DNA of 40,410 nucleotides, from the NCBI GenBank assembly GCA_035399485.1, contig DAOPJC010000002.1:1-40410 (forward strand), written 5' to 3'. Both the position numbers and the translations under genes were made by a program. The stretch comes from Bacilli bacterium (GTDB lineage: Bacteria > Bacillota_I > Bacilli_A > RF39 > UBA660). The notes under the pieces were generated by a model that saw nothing but the letters and a program-made list of their open reading frames with translations, did not search any database and was not told where the DNA came from. Position 1 is the first letter of the stretch, and every line of letters begins with the position of its first letter. Below are positions 25,690-36,552 of this stretch, in pieces.

Positions 25690-27165
25690 TTAATATAATC
25701 TCATTGGATTAAAATGATAAGATGAATTTCCCCATGGTGCGCCCATCCATGTTTCGTAATGAACGTGAGGACCTGTTGCGTCACCTGTTTGACCAATATA
25801 ACCTATTATTTGACCACGGCCAACTGTGCTACCAACTTTTATACCTCTTGCCACTCCTGACATATGGGCATATAAAGTATAATAACCATTATTATGATTA
25901 ATTACAATGTAATTACCATAACCATTTCCACCATATTTTCTTGCTGGGCTATAAGTAATTGTTGATACTGTACCATTATTTGCAGCAAATATTGGTGTGC
26001 CATATCCTACATATATATCAATAGCTTGATGTAGACTATATGTACCTGTAGTTGGACTATTACGATAACCATACGCAGAACTAATACGCCAACCAGGTTG
26101 AGTAGGCCATGCCCACCAACGGCCACCTACATTAGATTGATATCTTGTACCAACCATAACAATTTGATTAGTTGCTGGTTTTAATGTTGAAGATGAAATA
26201 TTTTTAAGATATGTAATTTCACCATTTGTTCTTTCAATACGTGCCTTTACACGATCAATTCCTTTTTCACCTTTTTGAATTAATTCTTCATCACCAATAT
26301 TCATTGTAGAATCTTGTTTTTCTTCAATACTATATTCTGATTCTTTATCTTCAACTTGTGTATATTCAGAAATAACTGTTACAGCAGGTTTTGGAACTGC
26401 TAATGAAACTACTTGTCCTGCATATAAAATATTGTCAACAGAGTTTAGTTCAGAATTTGATATCAAAAATGCTTCAACACCTATTTTTTTATTCTCAGTT
26501 ATTTTTTGAATTGTATCTCCATTTTGAACAATATATTTTTCACTCTCTTTAGTTGTTCCAAATAATATATACTTTGATAAATTATCAGAATCTATATATA
26601 TTTCTTCTGTTACAGGAATTTTAACTTTTTTCTCCATAATAGTTTCATTTATATATATATCATCTATTTTTATACCTGTTGTTACTATTTCTTCTTGTGT
26701 TTCATTTTTAAATGAATTGTATTCTTCTTTTCCAACATAAGTTTTAATTGTATTTTCTAATGCATCTTGCATTATTGTTTCAGAAGTTGTATATATTGTT
26801 TTCTTACTATTTTCACCTTTAATAGTAAATTGGTATCCACTTATTGTAAAAGGTTTTAATTTTTTTAACTTCTTATATACTTCTTTAACTGTATCTATTT
26901 TTTCATCATAAGTGATAATTTTCTTTATCTCCAAACCATTTGGAGCATATACTTTATCAACATTATATTTTTCTTTTATACTAGCTCCTTCTTTATCGAT
27001 ATATTTTTCTAATTCTTTTTTAGATTTTATCACACCTAAAACTTCATCATCTAAATATACTTGATAATAGTAGTTTGGTACAATGGTTTTTCTTTCTTGA
27101 AAACCTAAAACAAATACCACTGCACTAAGTAAAAGAACAAGTATATATATACTTATTTTTTTCAT
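25690..27165 (-). CDS. membrane-anchored M23 metallopeptidase with LysM-like and G5 domains
   Basis: N-terminal TM. LysM-like segment YIVQNGDTIQKI...YAGQVVSLAVP. G5-like segment IQKGEKGIDRVKARIERTNGEI...VMVGT. Intact M23 motifs: HQAIDI, YAHMS and GPHVHYE. Confidence 0.85.
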   Translation of the reverse strand: MKKISIYILVLLLSAVVFVLGFQERKTIVPNYYYQVYLDDEVLGVIKSKKELEKYIDKEGASIKEKYNVDKVYAPNGLEIKKIITYDEKIDTVKEVYKKLKKLKPFTISGYQFTIKGENSKKTIYTTSETIMQDALENTIKTYVGKEEYNSFKNETQEEIVTTGIKIDDIYINETIMEKKVKIPVTEEIYIDSDNLSKYILFGTTKESEKYIVQNGDTIQKITENKKIGVEAFLISNSELNSVDNILYAGQVVSLAVPKPAVTVISEYTQVEDKESEYSIEEKQDSTMNIGDEELIQKGEKGIDRVKARIERTNGEITYLKNISSSTLKPATNQIVMVGTRYQSNVGGRWWAWPTQPGWRISSAYGYRNSPTTGTYSLHQAIDIYVGYGTPIFAANNGTVSTITYSPARKYGGNGYGNYIVINHNNGYYTLYAHMSGVARGIKVGSTVGRGQIIGYIGQTGDATGPHVHYETWMGAPWGNSSYHFNPMRLY

Positions 27166-27186
27166 TATCCACCTTTTCTACTTCTT

Positions 27187-28533
27187 TTATTCTTTTTCTT
27201 GATTATTTACACAATTAACAAATGTACTTGTATCCCTTTGGAATATTAAAGGAATTGTCTTAGTAGGTCCATTACGATGTTTTGCCACTATGAATTCACT
27301 TTCACTTACAGGGTTTGTATCAGTAGCTGATTTAGTATAATAGTCATCACGATATAAGAACGCTACTATATCAGCATCTTGTTCAATTGATCCAGATTCT
27401 CTTAAATCACTTAACATAGGTCGTTTATCTTCTCTTGCCTCAACACCACGAGATAATTGAGCTAAAGCTACTACTGGAACACCTAATTCCATTGCCAATG
27501 TTTTTAATGATCTTGATATTTCTGATACTTCTTGTTGTCTATTTCCTTGATATTTAGCTGAACCTTGAATTAAAGTTAAATAATCTATTACGATTAAAGC
27601 TAAACCATCTTTTTGACTTGCTAAGCGACGACATTTTGCTTTAATTTCTGCAATTGTCATACCAGCAGTATCATCAATAAATAATTTAGTATCTGCTAAT
27701 CTACTTATAGCTTCATTAATTCTTTTCCAATCATCATGTTCTAAATAACCATTTTTTAATTTATTTTGTTTAATTTGTCCTATGCTTGATAACATACGTA
27801 TTGCCAATTGTTCAGCAGGCATTTCCATATTAAATAATGCTACTGCCTTATCTTGATTCATGGCCGCATTTACTACTAAGTTTAAAGCAAATGCAGTTTT
27901 ACCCATAGCAGGACGAGCTGCAACTATTATTAATTCATTAGGATGTAGTCCAGATGTTAATTTATCAATATCATAAAATCCTGTAGATAAACCTGTTAAA
28001 GCTCCTTTATTTTGAGCTAATTTTTCTAAATCTGATTGTGTTTTGAATAAAACATCTTGAATTGTTCTAAATTCTGAACCTTTTCTTGTTTTAACAACAT
28101 TTAATATTTTCTTTTCAGCATTATCTAAGATGTCATTAATATTATCATATGACTCATATGCATTAGTAGCAATATCAGATGATTCTTTAATTAATCTTCT
28201 TAATACAGCTTTTTCATTAACTATCTTAATATATTCATCTACATTAGTAGCACTTGGTACTGAATTTATTAATTCACCTAAGTATTGAGCACCACCAATT
28301 TCTTTTAATATTTTCCTTTTATCTAATTCTGAAGTTACTGTTGTAATATCTATTGGAGTATTATTATCCATTAAATCTCTTATTGTTGAAAATATTTTTT
28401 CATGGGCATCCATATAAAATAAGTCACTTGTTAAATTTTCTAAACTTTTTTGAGCTGCATATTTAGAAATTAGCATTGATCCTATTACAGATTGTTCTGC
28501 TTCTATATTATGTGGCATTGTTTTTGATTCCAT
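27187..28533 (-). CDS. dnaB: replicative DNA helicase (DnaB family; DnaC of Bacillus)
   Basis: MPHNIEAEQSVIGSML at the N-terminus. Walker A is ARPAMGKTAF, and IVIDYLTLI and SRSLKTLAMELGVPVVALAQLSR are also present. Its normal length of 448 aa means there is no intein. Confidence 0.95.
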   Translation of the reverse strand: MESKTMPHNIEAEQSVIGSMLISKYAAQKSLENLTSDLFYMDAHEKIFSTIRDLMDNNTPIDITTVTSELDKRKILKEIGGAQYLGELINSVPSATNVDEYIKIVNEKAVLRRLIKESSDIATNAYESYDNINDILDNAEKKILNVVKTRKGSEFRTIQDVLFKTQSDLEKLAQNKGALTGLSTGFYDIDKLTSGLHPNELIIVAARPAMGKTAFALNLVVNAAMNQDKAVALFNMEMPAEQLAIRMLSSIGQIKQNKLKNGYLEHDDWKRINEAISRLADTKLFIDDTAGMTIAEIKAKCRRLASQKDGLALIVIDYLTLIQGSAKYQGNRQQEVSEISRSLKTLAMELGVPVVALAQLSRGVEAREDKRPMLSDLRESGSIEQDADIVAFLYRDDYYTKSATDTNPVSESEFIVAKHRNGPTKTIPLIFQRDTSTFVNCVNNQEKE

Positions 28534-28541
28534 AATATCAC

Positions 28542-28988
28542 CTAGCTTTCTTTAATTAATTGTACTTTTAATTTACCTATTACTTTTTTATGAAGTTCAA
28601 TATTTACTTCATGTACACCTAAAGATGTAATTTGATTATCTATTAATATTTGTTTTTTATCTATCTTAATATCTTTTTTTAGTAATTCAGTTACTATTTG
28701 TTTTGAACTTACAGAGCCAAATACTTTATCTTGAGCACCAGTTTTTACTTTAAATTTTAATGTTATATTTTCTAATCTTTTAGCTTCTTTTTTTGTTTCT
28801 TCAATTAATATATTTTCTTCTTCTTGTTTTTTTAAATTTAAAGTGTTTTGATGTTTTAAATTACTTTCATTTGCTAAAACGGCATATCCATTCTTTATTA
28901 AAAAGTTTTGACCATAACCATCTTTAACATTTTTAATTTCATCTTTTTTCCCTTGACCTTTTAAATCTCTTATAAAAATAACTTTCAT
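28542..28988 (-). CDS. rplI: 50S ribosomal protein L9
   Basis: [31 protein letters not shown] matches the L9 N-terminus. Start at ATG 28988 behind taggtga. Confidence 0.93.
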   Translation of the reverse strand: MKVIFIRDLKGQGKKDEIKNVKDGYGQNFLIKNGYAVLANESNLKHQNTLNLKKQEEENILIEETKKEAKRLENITLKFKVKTGAQDKVFGSVSSKQIVTELLKKDIKIDKKQILIDNQITSLGVHEVNIELHKKVIGKLKVQLIKES

Positions 28989-29022
28989 AAAATCACCTAA
29001 GTACATTATACTATATATTTAC

Positions 29023-29062
29023 TTAAAAAAAAAGCATTTAAATCAAATGAAATAAATGCTTT
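29023..29062 (-). terminator. terminator of the yvcK-whiA unit
   Basis: 10-bp stem aaagcattta / taaatgcttt with a 12-nt loop. A T8 run follows on the minus strand. Confidence 0.65.
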
Positions 29063-29978
29063 ATTTAATTTTTTCGGCTAATTGAGATATTTTTTTAAGT
29101 CTATGATATAATCCTGATTTAGTAATTTTATTTCCCGTTTCCATAGTTATTATTTCACTTAATTCTACTAAAGAAACTTCTGGATATTTTAATCTATAAA
29201 TAGCTACTTCTTTTACCTTTTCATCAAGTAAATCTAAACCACCAATACTTTTTATTTTTTCTATCTCTTCTACTTGTTTCATACCAGTTTCAATTATCTT
29301 ATCTACATTGGCTTGTTCCATATTATTAAGTCTATTTGTCATATTTTTATGGTCACGATAAATTCTTATATCTTCATAGTATAACAATGCTGAAGTAGCA
29401 TTTATTATTCTTAAAAAATCCCCTATTTTTTCTGCTTCTTTTATATATATCATATACTTATTGTCTCTTTTGATTACCTTACTATTTAAATAAAACTCAT
29501 TTAAATTATTCATCATAAAGTTTGCATAAGCTTCATTATCTACTAAAAATTCTAAATGATATCGAGATTTCTTAGGATCATTAATACTTCCATTTATTAA
29601 GAATAAACCTCGCATATATGCTCTCATTGTATCCATATCATCTATTATATAAGTTTTAGGTATATCCAAGATATTATTATTATCTTTGATTGCTAAACCA
29701 TCTAAAACTTTTTCGACATGATTATTTATTTCTAATATATATATTAAACTCTTATTATAGTTATAACCTTTTCTTACAGTAATTTTTGCATACTCATTAA
29801 ATAATTCTTTTATTAAAGAATATATTCTTCTTGCTACACTTGCATTTTCTGTACTAATTTTAATGTGTTCTAATGAAATTTCACTATTATGTATAATTGC
29901 AGATAATTCAGCTATTTTCTCTATTTCTAATATATTTAATTTACTTACTTCATTTTTAACTACACTTGTAAATGACAT
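29061..29978 (-). CDS. whiA: sporulation/cell-division regulator WhiA
   Basis: MSFTSVVKNEV..., RAYMRGLFLINGSINDP (LAGLIDADG-like region) and a C-terminal HTH KSGLYHRLKKI. Located downstream of yvcK, as in other Firmicutes. Confidence 0.9.
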   Translation of the reverse strand: MSFTSVVKNEVSKLNILEIEKIAELSAIIHNSEISLEHIKISTENASVARRIYSLIKELFNEYAKITVRKGYNYNKSLIYILEINNHVEKVLDGLAIKDNNNILDIPKTYIIDDMDTMRAYMRGLFLINGSINDPKKSRYHLEFLVDNEAYANFMMNNLNEFYLNSKVIKRDNKYMIYIKEAEKIGDFLRIINATSALLYYEDIRIYRDHKNMTNRLNNMEQANVDKIIETGMKQVEEIEKIKSIGGLDLLDEKVKEVAIYRLKYPEVSLVELSEIITMETGNKITKSGLYHRLKKISQLAEKIK

Positions 29979-29979
29979 A

Positions 29980-30930
29980 TTAACCTCGCGTTAATAGAGA
30001 AAATATATAGAAAGATAGTTTCATATTATCATGTCTGATCATTTCATTATCTATATGAACAAAATTATCTACAATAGTTTTTATTTTCATATTTTTTAAG
30101 TTTTCTTTATCATATATTACTTTATCTTTTTGTTCTAATGTTGCATATTTTTCTATTATTTCATTATTTATTTCGCCTATATTCGCAATTACATATTCTA
30201 TTTTTCTTTTACCTAAATATTTATTTATTGTTTTAACATGATCACTTACTTTATAATCATCAGTTTCTCCAGGTTGTGTCATCATATTACATACATATAC
30301 TATTTTTGCATTGCTTTTATCTATTTCTTTTATCATTTCTCTACATAATAAATTAGGAATAATACTTGTATATAAACTACCCATACTAAATATAATACAA
30401 TCAGCTTCTCTTATTGTTTTTAAAGCTTCTTCTGTTACTTTTGGTTCTACTTTATAATATACATCTTTTATTTTTTTATCTATCTCTGTAATATTATGTT
30501 CCCCTTCAACAATAGTATTGTCTTCCATTTTTCCCATTAATATTACATTATCTTCTGTTAGTGGTATAACATTACCTTTTAAATTTAATACCTTACTTAA
30601 GGCAGTTATTCCATCTGTCATATTACCTGTTATATTCTTTAATGCTGTTAAAAGCAAATTACCTACAGCATGACCATTTAAATCACTACTTGTATTAAAT
30701 CGATAATTTAATAGTTCTTCTACTAGTGGTTCAGTTTCTGATAATGAAACAATTACCTTTCTTATATCACCAACTGCTGGTATATTAAATTCTTCACGTA
30801 ATTTACCTGTACTAGCCCCATCATCGCAAACTGAAACTATTGCTGATATATCAAGAGGATATAATTTTAATCCTTTTAATAAGGCAGATAATCCAGTTCC
30901 GCCACCTAATACTGCAACTTTTTTATACAT
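29980..30930 (-). CDS. yvcK: gluconeogenesis factor YvcK (CofD-like, UPF0052)
   Basis: Contains KVAVLGGGTGLSALLKGLK, DDGASTGKLR and GSLYTSIIPNL motifs. Confidence 0.9.
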   Translation of the reverse strand: MYKKVAVLGGGTGLSALLKGLKLYPLDISAIVSVCDDGASTGKLREEFNIPAVGDIRKVIVSLSETEPLVEELLNYRFNTSSDLNGHAVGNLLLTALKNITGNMTDGITALSKVLNLKGNVIPLTEDNVILMGKMEDNTIVEGEHNITEIDKKIKDVYYKVEPKVTEEALKTIREADCIIFSMGSLYTSIIPNLLCREMIKEIDKSNAKIVYVCNMMTQPGETDDYKVSDHVKTINKYLGKRKIEYVIANIGEINNEIIEKYATLEQKDKVIYDKENLKNMKIKTIVDNFVHIDNEMIRHDNMKLSFYIFSLLTRG

Positions 30931-30964
30931 AATATCACCTAATTCATTATAACATATTAATTAA

Positions 30965-30995
30965 TTAAAAAAGAATAATATAACTATTATTCTTT
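30965..30995 (-). terminator. terminator of lgt
   Basis: Perfect 10-bp stem aagaataata / tattattctt with loop taac. A T-run follows on the minus strand. Confidence 0.6.
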
Positions 30996-30997
30996 AA

Positions 30998-31810
30998 TTA
31001 AAATTTTATTGTTTCGACTTTTGTATTACTATATTGGTTTTCAAATTTAGATCCCTTACCTAATATAATAAACATAATTATTCCTACTATTACCATAACA
31101 ACAGATACTATTTGTGCCATTCTGAAATTTGCTAACATCAAACTATCTGTTCTCATGCCTTCAACAAAAAATCTTCCTACTCCATACCATATAAAATATA
31201 AAGAAGTTAGTTGGCCTACTTTAATATATTTTGTTCTTCTAATTATTAAGAATATTATAAATCCAATAAAACACCAAATAGATTCAAATAAGAATGTTGG
31301 AATATAGTAATTTCCTCCAATATTCATTCCCTCTATAATAAAATTAGGTATTAACATATTCTTTAAATTTGCTAATGTTGTTATTGCACCATGAGCCTCA
31401 CCATTAAAGAAATTTCCCCATCTGCCTATTGCTTGACCTAATAATAATCCAACTACAATGAAATCAGTCACACATAATGGTTTTGCTTTATATTTTTTAG
31501 AATATAGTAATGTAAATATTAATCCAAATAATATACCACCATGTATAGCAAGTCCACCTTCCCATACTTTTAATATATCAATAAGATTTGCTGAGAAGTA
31601 ATCCCAGTTAAATGCTACATAATATAATCTAGCTCCTATAAAAGCAACTATAATATCCCAAAAAAATAAGTTTAAAACAAAATCTTCTGTATAATTATAT
31701 TTTTTTGCTTCTCTTAATACTAGAGTACCTCCTATTAAGATTGCTAAAAATATACATATTGAATACCAATATATTTTAATTACACCTAAATCTAATAAAA
31801 CTGGATTCAT
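30998..31810 (-). CDS. lgt: prolipoprotein diacylglyceryl transferase
   Basis: IYWYSICIFLAILIG, GARLYYV, GGLAIHGGI and GRWGNFFNGEAHG are Lgt signatures. Confidence 0.93.
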   Translation of the reverse strand: MNPVLLDLGVIKIYWYSICIFLAILIGGTLVLREAKKYNYTEDFVLNLFFWDIIVAFIGARLYYVAFNWDYFSANLIDILKVWEGGLAIHGGILFGLIFTLLYSKKYKAKPLCVTDFIVVGLLLGQAIGRWGNFFNGEAHGAITTLANLKNMLIPNFIIEGMNIGGNYYIPTFLFESIWCFIGFIIFLIIRRTKYIKVGQLTSLYFIWYGVGRFFVEGMRTDSLMLANFRMAQIVSVVMVIVGIIMFIILGKGSKFENQYSNTKVETIKF

Positions 31811-31811
31811 A

Positions 31812-32234
31812 TTATCTACCCTTTCTTATTATTGGTTTTATAATTAAACTATCCATTAATATATTCATTATTGAAATAAATATTGCCACTATGAAAGACA
31901 TTAATATACCACTTATATTAAAGTGATTTCCCATAATAAAATCTGTTATATTTAAAATAATTACATTTACGAATGGATAAAATAATCCCATAGTTATACC
32001 TGTTATTGGTAATGTTAACCATATTAATATTGGTTTAATTGTTTTGTTTAATAAATATATGATAATAGCTGTTATTAATCCCCATAAACCATAACATGAT
32101 GAATCAATTTGAACAGTTTTTTTAAATATCAATGATACTAATATTAATATTAAAGTATATCCTATCATATGGATAAGCCAATCAAATAATATATTTATCT
32201 TTGTTTTTTCTTTTACTATACTTACTACTTTCAT
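31812..32234 (-). CDS. YvlD-like membrane protein (phage_holin_4_2 superfamily)
   Basis: 140 aa with 4 TM segments. The KPILIWLTLPITGITMGLFYPFVNVIIL motif resembles B. subtilis YvlD. Confidence 0.7.
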   Translation of the reverse strand: MKVVSIVKEKTKINILFDWLIHMIGYTLILILVSLIFKKTVQIDSSCYGLWGLITAIIIYLLNKTIKPILIWLTLPITGITMGLFYPFVNVIILNITDFIMGNHFNISGILMSFIVAIFISIMNILMDSLIIKPIIRKGR

Positions 32235-32276
32235 AATCCATCTCCTATTTTTAGTATAACATAATTTATAATATTT

Positions 32277-33113
32277 TTAAATGTTTTTTAGAAAGTTACA
32301 GTGTTTACATAATTCTTCATTTCTCTTATTATTATTAAAACTATTAATTATTTCTACACTTCTTTTACTGTTAAGTATTTCTTCTAATGATTTTTCAAAT
32401 ATATTACCTAATGCTATTATTCCTTCACCATCTAAACAACATGGAACTACTGTACCATCACTTAATATTCCTATATGTGTTTTCAATCCATAACATTTTC
32501 CAGTCTCAACATATAGATTATTACTTAATTCAGGCCATATAAATTCTAAACCCTTATTAATAAATAAAGTTTCATTAATTTTTATATTAGATTCATTATA
32601 TATTTTTTCTTTAATATCATTATTTATTTTATAATAATTTATTAATGAATTTATATAAATATTATCTTTTATACTTTCATTTTCTTTTAATATCCAATAT
32701 CTATATACTATATATATATTACTATTATTATTTATGTAGTCTATTGTATCAAATAATATTTTTAAATCATTTAGATTCGTATATGAATGTAGACTTATAT
32801 TAATTTGTCTAATACATTTTTTATTAATAATAAATTCTTTATATTTATATAATAAAGTTCCATTAGTTGTTATATTAACATTAATATTATTTTCTTCACA
32901 AACATTAATTATTTCTTTAAAATTACTATGTAATAAAGGTTCTCCTTTTACATGAAGATATACATAATCAGTAAAAGATTTAATTTCCGTTATTACATGT
33001 TTAAATTCTTCTAAATTCATTTCTTTCTTTATTCTATTTGTTTTTGAACAAAAACTACAATTTCTATTACAAGAGTTAGTTATCTCTATATAAATTTTTT
33101 TGAACCTAATCAT
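32277..33113 (-). CDS. radical SAM enzyme with a C-terminal SPASM-like Cys cluster
   Basis: [15 protein letters not shown] gives the CxxxCxxC motif. C-terminal Cys residues are CYGLK...VPCCLDGEG...CKHCNF. Its start overlaps the uvrB stop (ATGA). Confidence 0.8.
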   Translation of the reverse strand: MIRFKKIYIEITNSCNRNCSFCSKTNRIKKEMNLEEFKHVITEIKSFTDYVYLHVKGEPLLHSNFKEIINVCEENNINVNITTNGTLLYKYKEFIINKKCIRQINISLHSYTNLNDLKILFDTIDYINNNSNIYIVYRYWILKENESIKDNIYINSLINYYKINNDIKEKIYNESNIKINETLFINKGLEFIWPELSNNLYVETGKCYGLKTHIGILSDGTVVPCCLDGEGIIALGNIFEKSLEEILNSKRSVEIINSFNNNKRNEELCKHCNFLKNI

Positions 33114-35059
33114 TTTTCACCTTTTAATTCAAATAAAGCATCTCTTAATTCCATAGCTCTTTCAAAGTCAAGATTCTTAGCAGCATTCTTCATTTCTGCT
33201 TCTATTTGATTTATTAAACTAATTTTATCTGCTTTAGTTAATTTTTCTGATTTTTCTATTTTTTCTTCTGAAATATTTGAAATAACTTCTCTTATCTCTT
33301 TCTTTATTGTTTTTGGTGTTATATTATGTTCCTCATTATATTTTTGTTGAATTTCACGTCTTCTGTTTGTTTCTTTAATTGCCATTTCCATAGCTTCACT
33401 TATTGTATCAGCATACATTATTACTTTACCTGAAGAGTTTCTAGCAGCACGACCAATAGTTTGTATTAAACTTCTACTACTTCTTAAGAAACCTTGTTTA
33501 TCAGCATCCATGATTGCAACTAAACTAACTTCAGGAATATCAATTCCTTCTCTTAATAAGTTTATACCTACTAAAACATCATATACTCCTGCTCTTAAAT
33601 CGTGAATTATTTTTAATCTCTCTAAAGTTTTTACTTCACTATGTAAATAAGCAACTTTGATATCTAATTTTTTCAAATATGTTGTTAATTCTTCTGCCAT
33701 TCTTATAGTTAAAGTTGTAATTAAAACTCTTTCATTATTTTGTTTTCTATCATTAATTTCATTAATAATATCATCTATTTGATTATTAGTTTTTCTTACA
33801 TCTATCAATGGATCAATTAATCCGGTTGGCCTAATAATTTGTTCTACAACATTATTACAATGTTCATATTCATAATCACCTGGAGTTGCTGATACAAATA
33901 TTGCTTGATGTATTTTATTTTCAAATTCTTCAAATCTTAAAGGTCTATTATCCATTGCACTTGGCAATCTAAATCCATATTCTACTAATACATTTTTTCT
34001 AGCTTGATCTCCATTATACATTCCTCTTACTTGTGGCAATGTAACATGTGATTCATCTACTATTAATAAATAATCATCTCCAAAGAAATCCATTAAAGTT
34101 GTTGGAGTTGCACCTTGTTCCTTTAATGCTAAATGTCTTGAATAATTTTCTACGCCTCTACAAAAACCTGTTTCTAAAAGCATTTCCATATCATAATTTG
34201 TTCTTTCGTTTAAGCGTTGGAATTCTAATAATTTATTTTCATTCTTAAATTTTGCTAATTGTTCTTCTAATTCTTTCTTTATATTCACAACAGCTAATTT
34301 TAATTTTTCATCTGATGTAACAAAATGACTTGCTGGAAATATTGTTATGCTTTTTTTACTTTGTAAAACTGCACCTGTTACGGCATCAAATTCAGTAATT
34401 CTTTCTATTTCATCTCCAAAGAATTCTATTTTTAATCCTTTACCATGTTGACTTACAGGAATTATTTCTAAAATATCGCCTTTTACTCTAAAACTACCAC
34501 GTTTTAAATCTATGTTATTTCTTTCATACAACATATCTATTAATTGTTCAATTACTTTATCGCGATCTATTATTTGACCTTTATTTAAAATTAACATTTT
34601 ATTACGATATTCTTCTACTTCACCAATTCCATATATACATGAAACTGAGGCGATTACTATTACATCTTTATTATTCAATAAAGATGCAGTTGCACTATGT
34701 CTTAATTCATCAATTTCATCATTTATTGAAGAATCTTTTTCAATATATGTATCTGTTTTAGCTACATAAGCTTCTGGTTGATAATAATCATAGTATGAGA
34801 CAAAATATTCTACATGATTTTCTGGAAAAAATTCTTTAAATTCTGCATATAATTGACCTGCTAAAGTTTTATTATGTGCAAGGATTAAAGTAGGTTTATT
34901 TACACTAGCAATAATGTTAGCCATAGTAAATGTTTTACCACTTCCTGTTACTCCCATTAATACTTGTTCTTTTTCACCATTATTTATCCCTTCAACTAAT
35001 TTTTTTATTGCTTCTGGTTGATCTCCAGTTGGCTTATATTCAGAATGTAATTTAAACAT
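33110..35059 (-). CDS. uvrB: excinuclease ABC subunit B
   Basis: [18 protein letters not shown], Walker [15 protein letters not shown] box (VDESHVT) and a C-terminal UVR domain ([11 protein letters not shown]). Start at ATG 35059 behind gaggaggg. Confidence 0.96.
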   Translation of the reverse strand: MFKLHSEYKPTGDQPEAIKKLVEGINNGEKEQVLMGVTGSGKTFTMANIIASVNKPTLILAHNKTLAGQLYAEFKEFFPENHVEYFVSYYDYYQPEAYVAKTDTYIEKDSSINDEIDELRHSATASLLNNKDVIVIASVSCIYGIGEVEEYRNKMLILNKGQIIDRDKVIEQLIDMLYERNNIDLKRGSFRVKGDILEIIPVSQHGKGLKIEFFGDEIERITEFDAVTGAVLQSKKSITIFPASHFVTSDEKLKLAVVNIKKELEEQLAKFKNENKLLEFQRLNERTNYDMEMLLETGFCRGVENYSRHLALKEQGATPTTLMDFFGDDYLLIVDESHVTLPQVRGMYNGDQARKNVLVEYGFRLPSAMDNRPLRFEEFENKIHQAIFVSATPGDYEYEHCNNVVEQIIRPTGLIDPLIDVRKTNNQIDDIINEINDRKQNNERVLITTLTIRMAEELTTYLKKLDIKVAYLHSEVKTLERLKIIHDLRAGVYDVLVGINLLREGIDIPEVSLVAIMDADKQGFLRSSRSLIQTIGRAARNSSGKVIMYADTISEAMEMAIKETNRRREIQQKYNEEHNITPKTIKKEIREVISNISEEKIEKSEKLTKADKISLINQIEAEMKNAAKNLDFERAMELRDALFELKGEK

Positions 35060-35112
35060 TTTATCCCTCCTCAAAAAGCTTTTTTACGTGATACAATTCT
35101 ATCATTTTTTCT

Positions 35113-35146
35113 ATAAAAAAACAAGGTTTTGAATTTTACCTTGCCT
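35113..35146 (-). terminator. terminator of the upstream XRE gene
   Basis: Stem caaggt / accttg with a 10-nt loop. A T7 run follows on the minus strand. Confidence 0.55.
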
Positions 35147-35155
35147 TATATTTAA

Positions 35156-35677
35156 TTAATCTTTTACTACAACTAATTTTGTTCCTTTAACTTTAGAATT
35201 ATATTTTAATTTATATGTATTTTTTCCATACTTAATTGCTTCTAAAATTTCCTTTAATTCTTCCTTAGCTTTTTCTTTAGTAGCATAGTATCCTAATACT
35301 ATTTCATGGTCACCAAAAAGAAATTGATGTTTATCTACCCCACACAATATACATACTGGAACACCTTTATCTTCTTTTGTAAATGCTATATCTCTTATTA
35401 CAAATTTATATACTGAAGAAACAATACTACTATCTTCACTCTCTATATAAATAGTACTTTGATTATTACTTATTTTTTCTTCTTTACCTAATAATAAATA
35501 ATCTAAAGAAACATCTAATATTTTAGTTAATGATATTAATTTATCTGTTTCAGGATAAAATTCATTACTTTCCCATTTTGATATAGTTTGTCTTGTCACA
35601 TTCAATAAAGCTGCTAATTGTTCTTGCGTTAAATTAGATTTTTTTCTAGTATTAGCTAATCTCTCACCAAAATCCAT
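35156..35677 (-). CDS. XRE-family HTH transcriptional regulator with an uncharacterised C-terminal domain
   Basis: MDFGERLANTRKKSNLTQEQLAALLNVTRQTISKWESNE is an HTH_3 domain. Start at ATG 35677 behind aggagg. Confidence 0.8.
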   Translation of the reverse strand: MDFGERLANTRKKSNLTQEQLAALLNVTRQTISKWESNEFYPETDKLISLTKILDVSLDYLLLGKEEKISNNQSTIYIESEDSSIVSSVYKFVIRDIAFTKEDKGVPVCILCGVDKHQFLFGDHEIVLGYYATKEKAKEELKEILEAIKYGKNTYKLKYNSKVKGTKLVVVKD

Positions 35678-35699
35678 TATTATTCCTCCTAACAAAACA

Positions 35700-35728
35700 A
35701 TTATATTTAAATAGTATTATTTTTACAA
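35700..35728 (-). promoter_or_regulatory. sigma-A promoter of the XRE gene
   Basis: Minus strand: TTGTAA (35723-35728), 17 nt, TATAAT (35700-35705). Confidence 0.55.
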
Positions 35729-35768
35729 TAAACTATAACTTGCTTTTTGTATATATAGTCTTTACATA

Positions 35769-36506
35769 TTATAATTTTGCGACACTATTTTTATTTAATA
35801 AAGTATTTGAAATAAATTTTTGATTATTAAATACTGCCCAGTTATTAAATATACATGGAACATTTTTTGCTTTTTCTAGACTATCTATTTTAATTAATCT
35901 AATATCTTTTTTTGTTTCTTCGATATATTCATTTGTTTCTTTTATACAGTTCTCTACATAAGGACATTGATTTGTATAATATATTATAATACCTGAATCA
36001 GAAATACTCATTAATTTTACAGATTCAGTAAACTTAGGTTTTTCCTTATCATTAAATGATAAACATAGTAATTCATAATCTCCTAGTGTTTCAATAACTT
36101 CAAATCCATATTTTATAAAGAAAGATTTTTCTGATATAAATGGTTTCTTCTTTTTTGAAGATAATACACATATCCCATTTTTGTTGTTATCTTTGGCATC
36201 TTTAATTGCGTACTCTAATAATTCTTTACCATAACCATTATTTTTATAGCTACCTGCTACCCATAAGCAATATATATAATTATAATTATTTCCTTCAATT
36301 GGTACCCAAGCTTTTTCTAATGGGGCATATTCAATAAACACTTTACCTTGTGCATTTAATTTTCTAAATACATGTCCTTCTTTTATTCTATCTTTTAACC
36401 ATTCTTTTTTTGCTAATACGCCTTGTTCATGTTTTTTATCACTTATTGCGCAACATAAGTGCTCATTACTAATATTTTCTAATGTTATATTTATATATTC
36501 ATTCAT
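35769..36506 (-). CDS. GNAT N-acetyltransferase with a YoaP-like C-terminal domain
   Basis: GNAT core is LWVAGSYKNNGYGKELLEYAIKDAK. C-terminal IIIYYTNQCPYVENC is the YoaP-like thioredoxin-fold signature. Confidence 0.7.
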   Translation of the reverse strand: MNEYINITLENISNEHLCCAISDKKHEQGVLAKKEWLKDRIKEGHVFRKLNAQGKVFIEYAPLEKAWVPIEGNNYNYIYCLWVAGSYKNNGYGKELLEYAIKDAKDNNKNGICVLSSKKKKPFISEKSFFIKYGFEVIETLGDYELLCLSFNDKEKPKFTESVKLMSISDSGIIIYYTNQCPYVENCIKETNEYIEETKKDIRLIKIDSLEKAKNVPCIFNNWAVFNNQKFISNTLLNKNSVAKL

Positions 36507-36528
36507 TTATTTCTTACTCCTTTATAAA

Positions 36529-36552
36529 AAGTCTACTAATCAGTAGACTTTT
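36529..36552 (-). terminator. terminator closing the signal-peptidase operon
   Basis: Stem agtctact / agtagact with loop aatc, flanked by A/T runs so it is bidirectional in form. It overlaps the stop codon at 36536. Confidence 0.55.

Noticed and set aside
29980-30997. Absence of rapZ (yvcJ) upstream of yvcK-whiA
   Set aside because: This is real in the window, since lgt plus a terminator lie upstream instead. The gene may simply sit elsewhere in the genome, so this window gives no basis for a claim.
32281-34248. Plus-strand ORFs at 32281-32493 and 34048-34248
   Set aside because: They are antisense to the radical SAM gene and to uvrB.
35060-35112. LexA/DinR (Cheo) box upstream of uvrB
   Set aside because: There is a TGaTAGAAT extended -10, but no GAAC-N4-GTTC motif in the region.
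35156-36506. GNAT plus XRE neighbours as a GNAT-toxin/antitoxin (TacT/AtaT-like) pair
   Set aside because: The GNAT is 245 aa with a YoaP-like domain, not a compact toxin. The XRE gene lies downstream with its own consensus promoter and a 91-nt gap, and there is no overlap or coupling. The architecture does not fit known GNAT TA modules.
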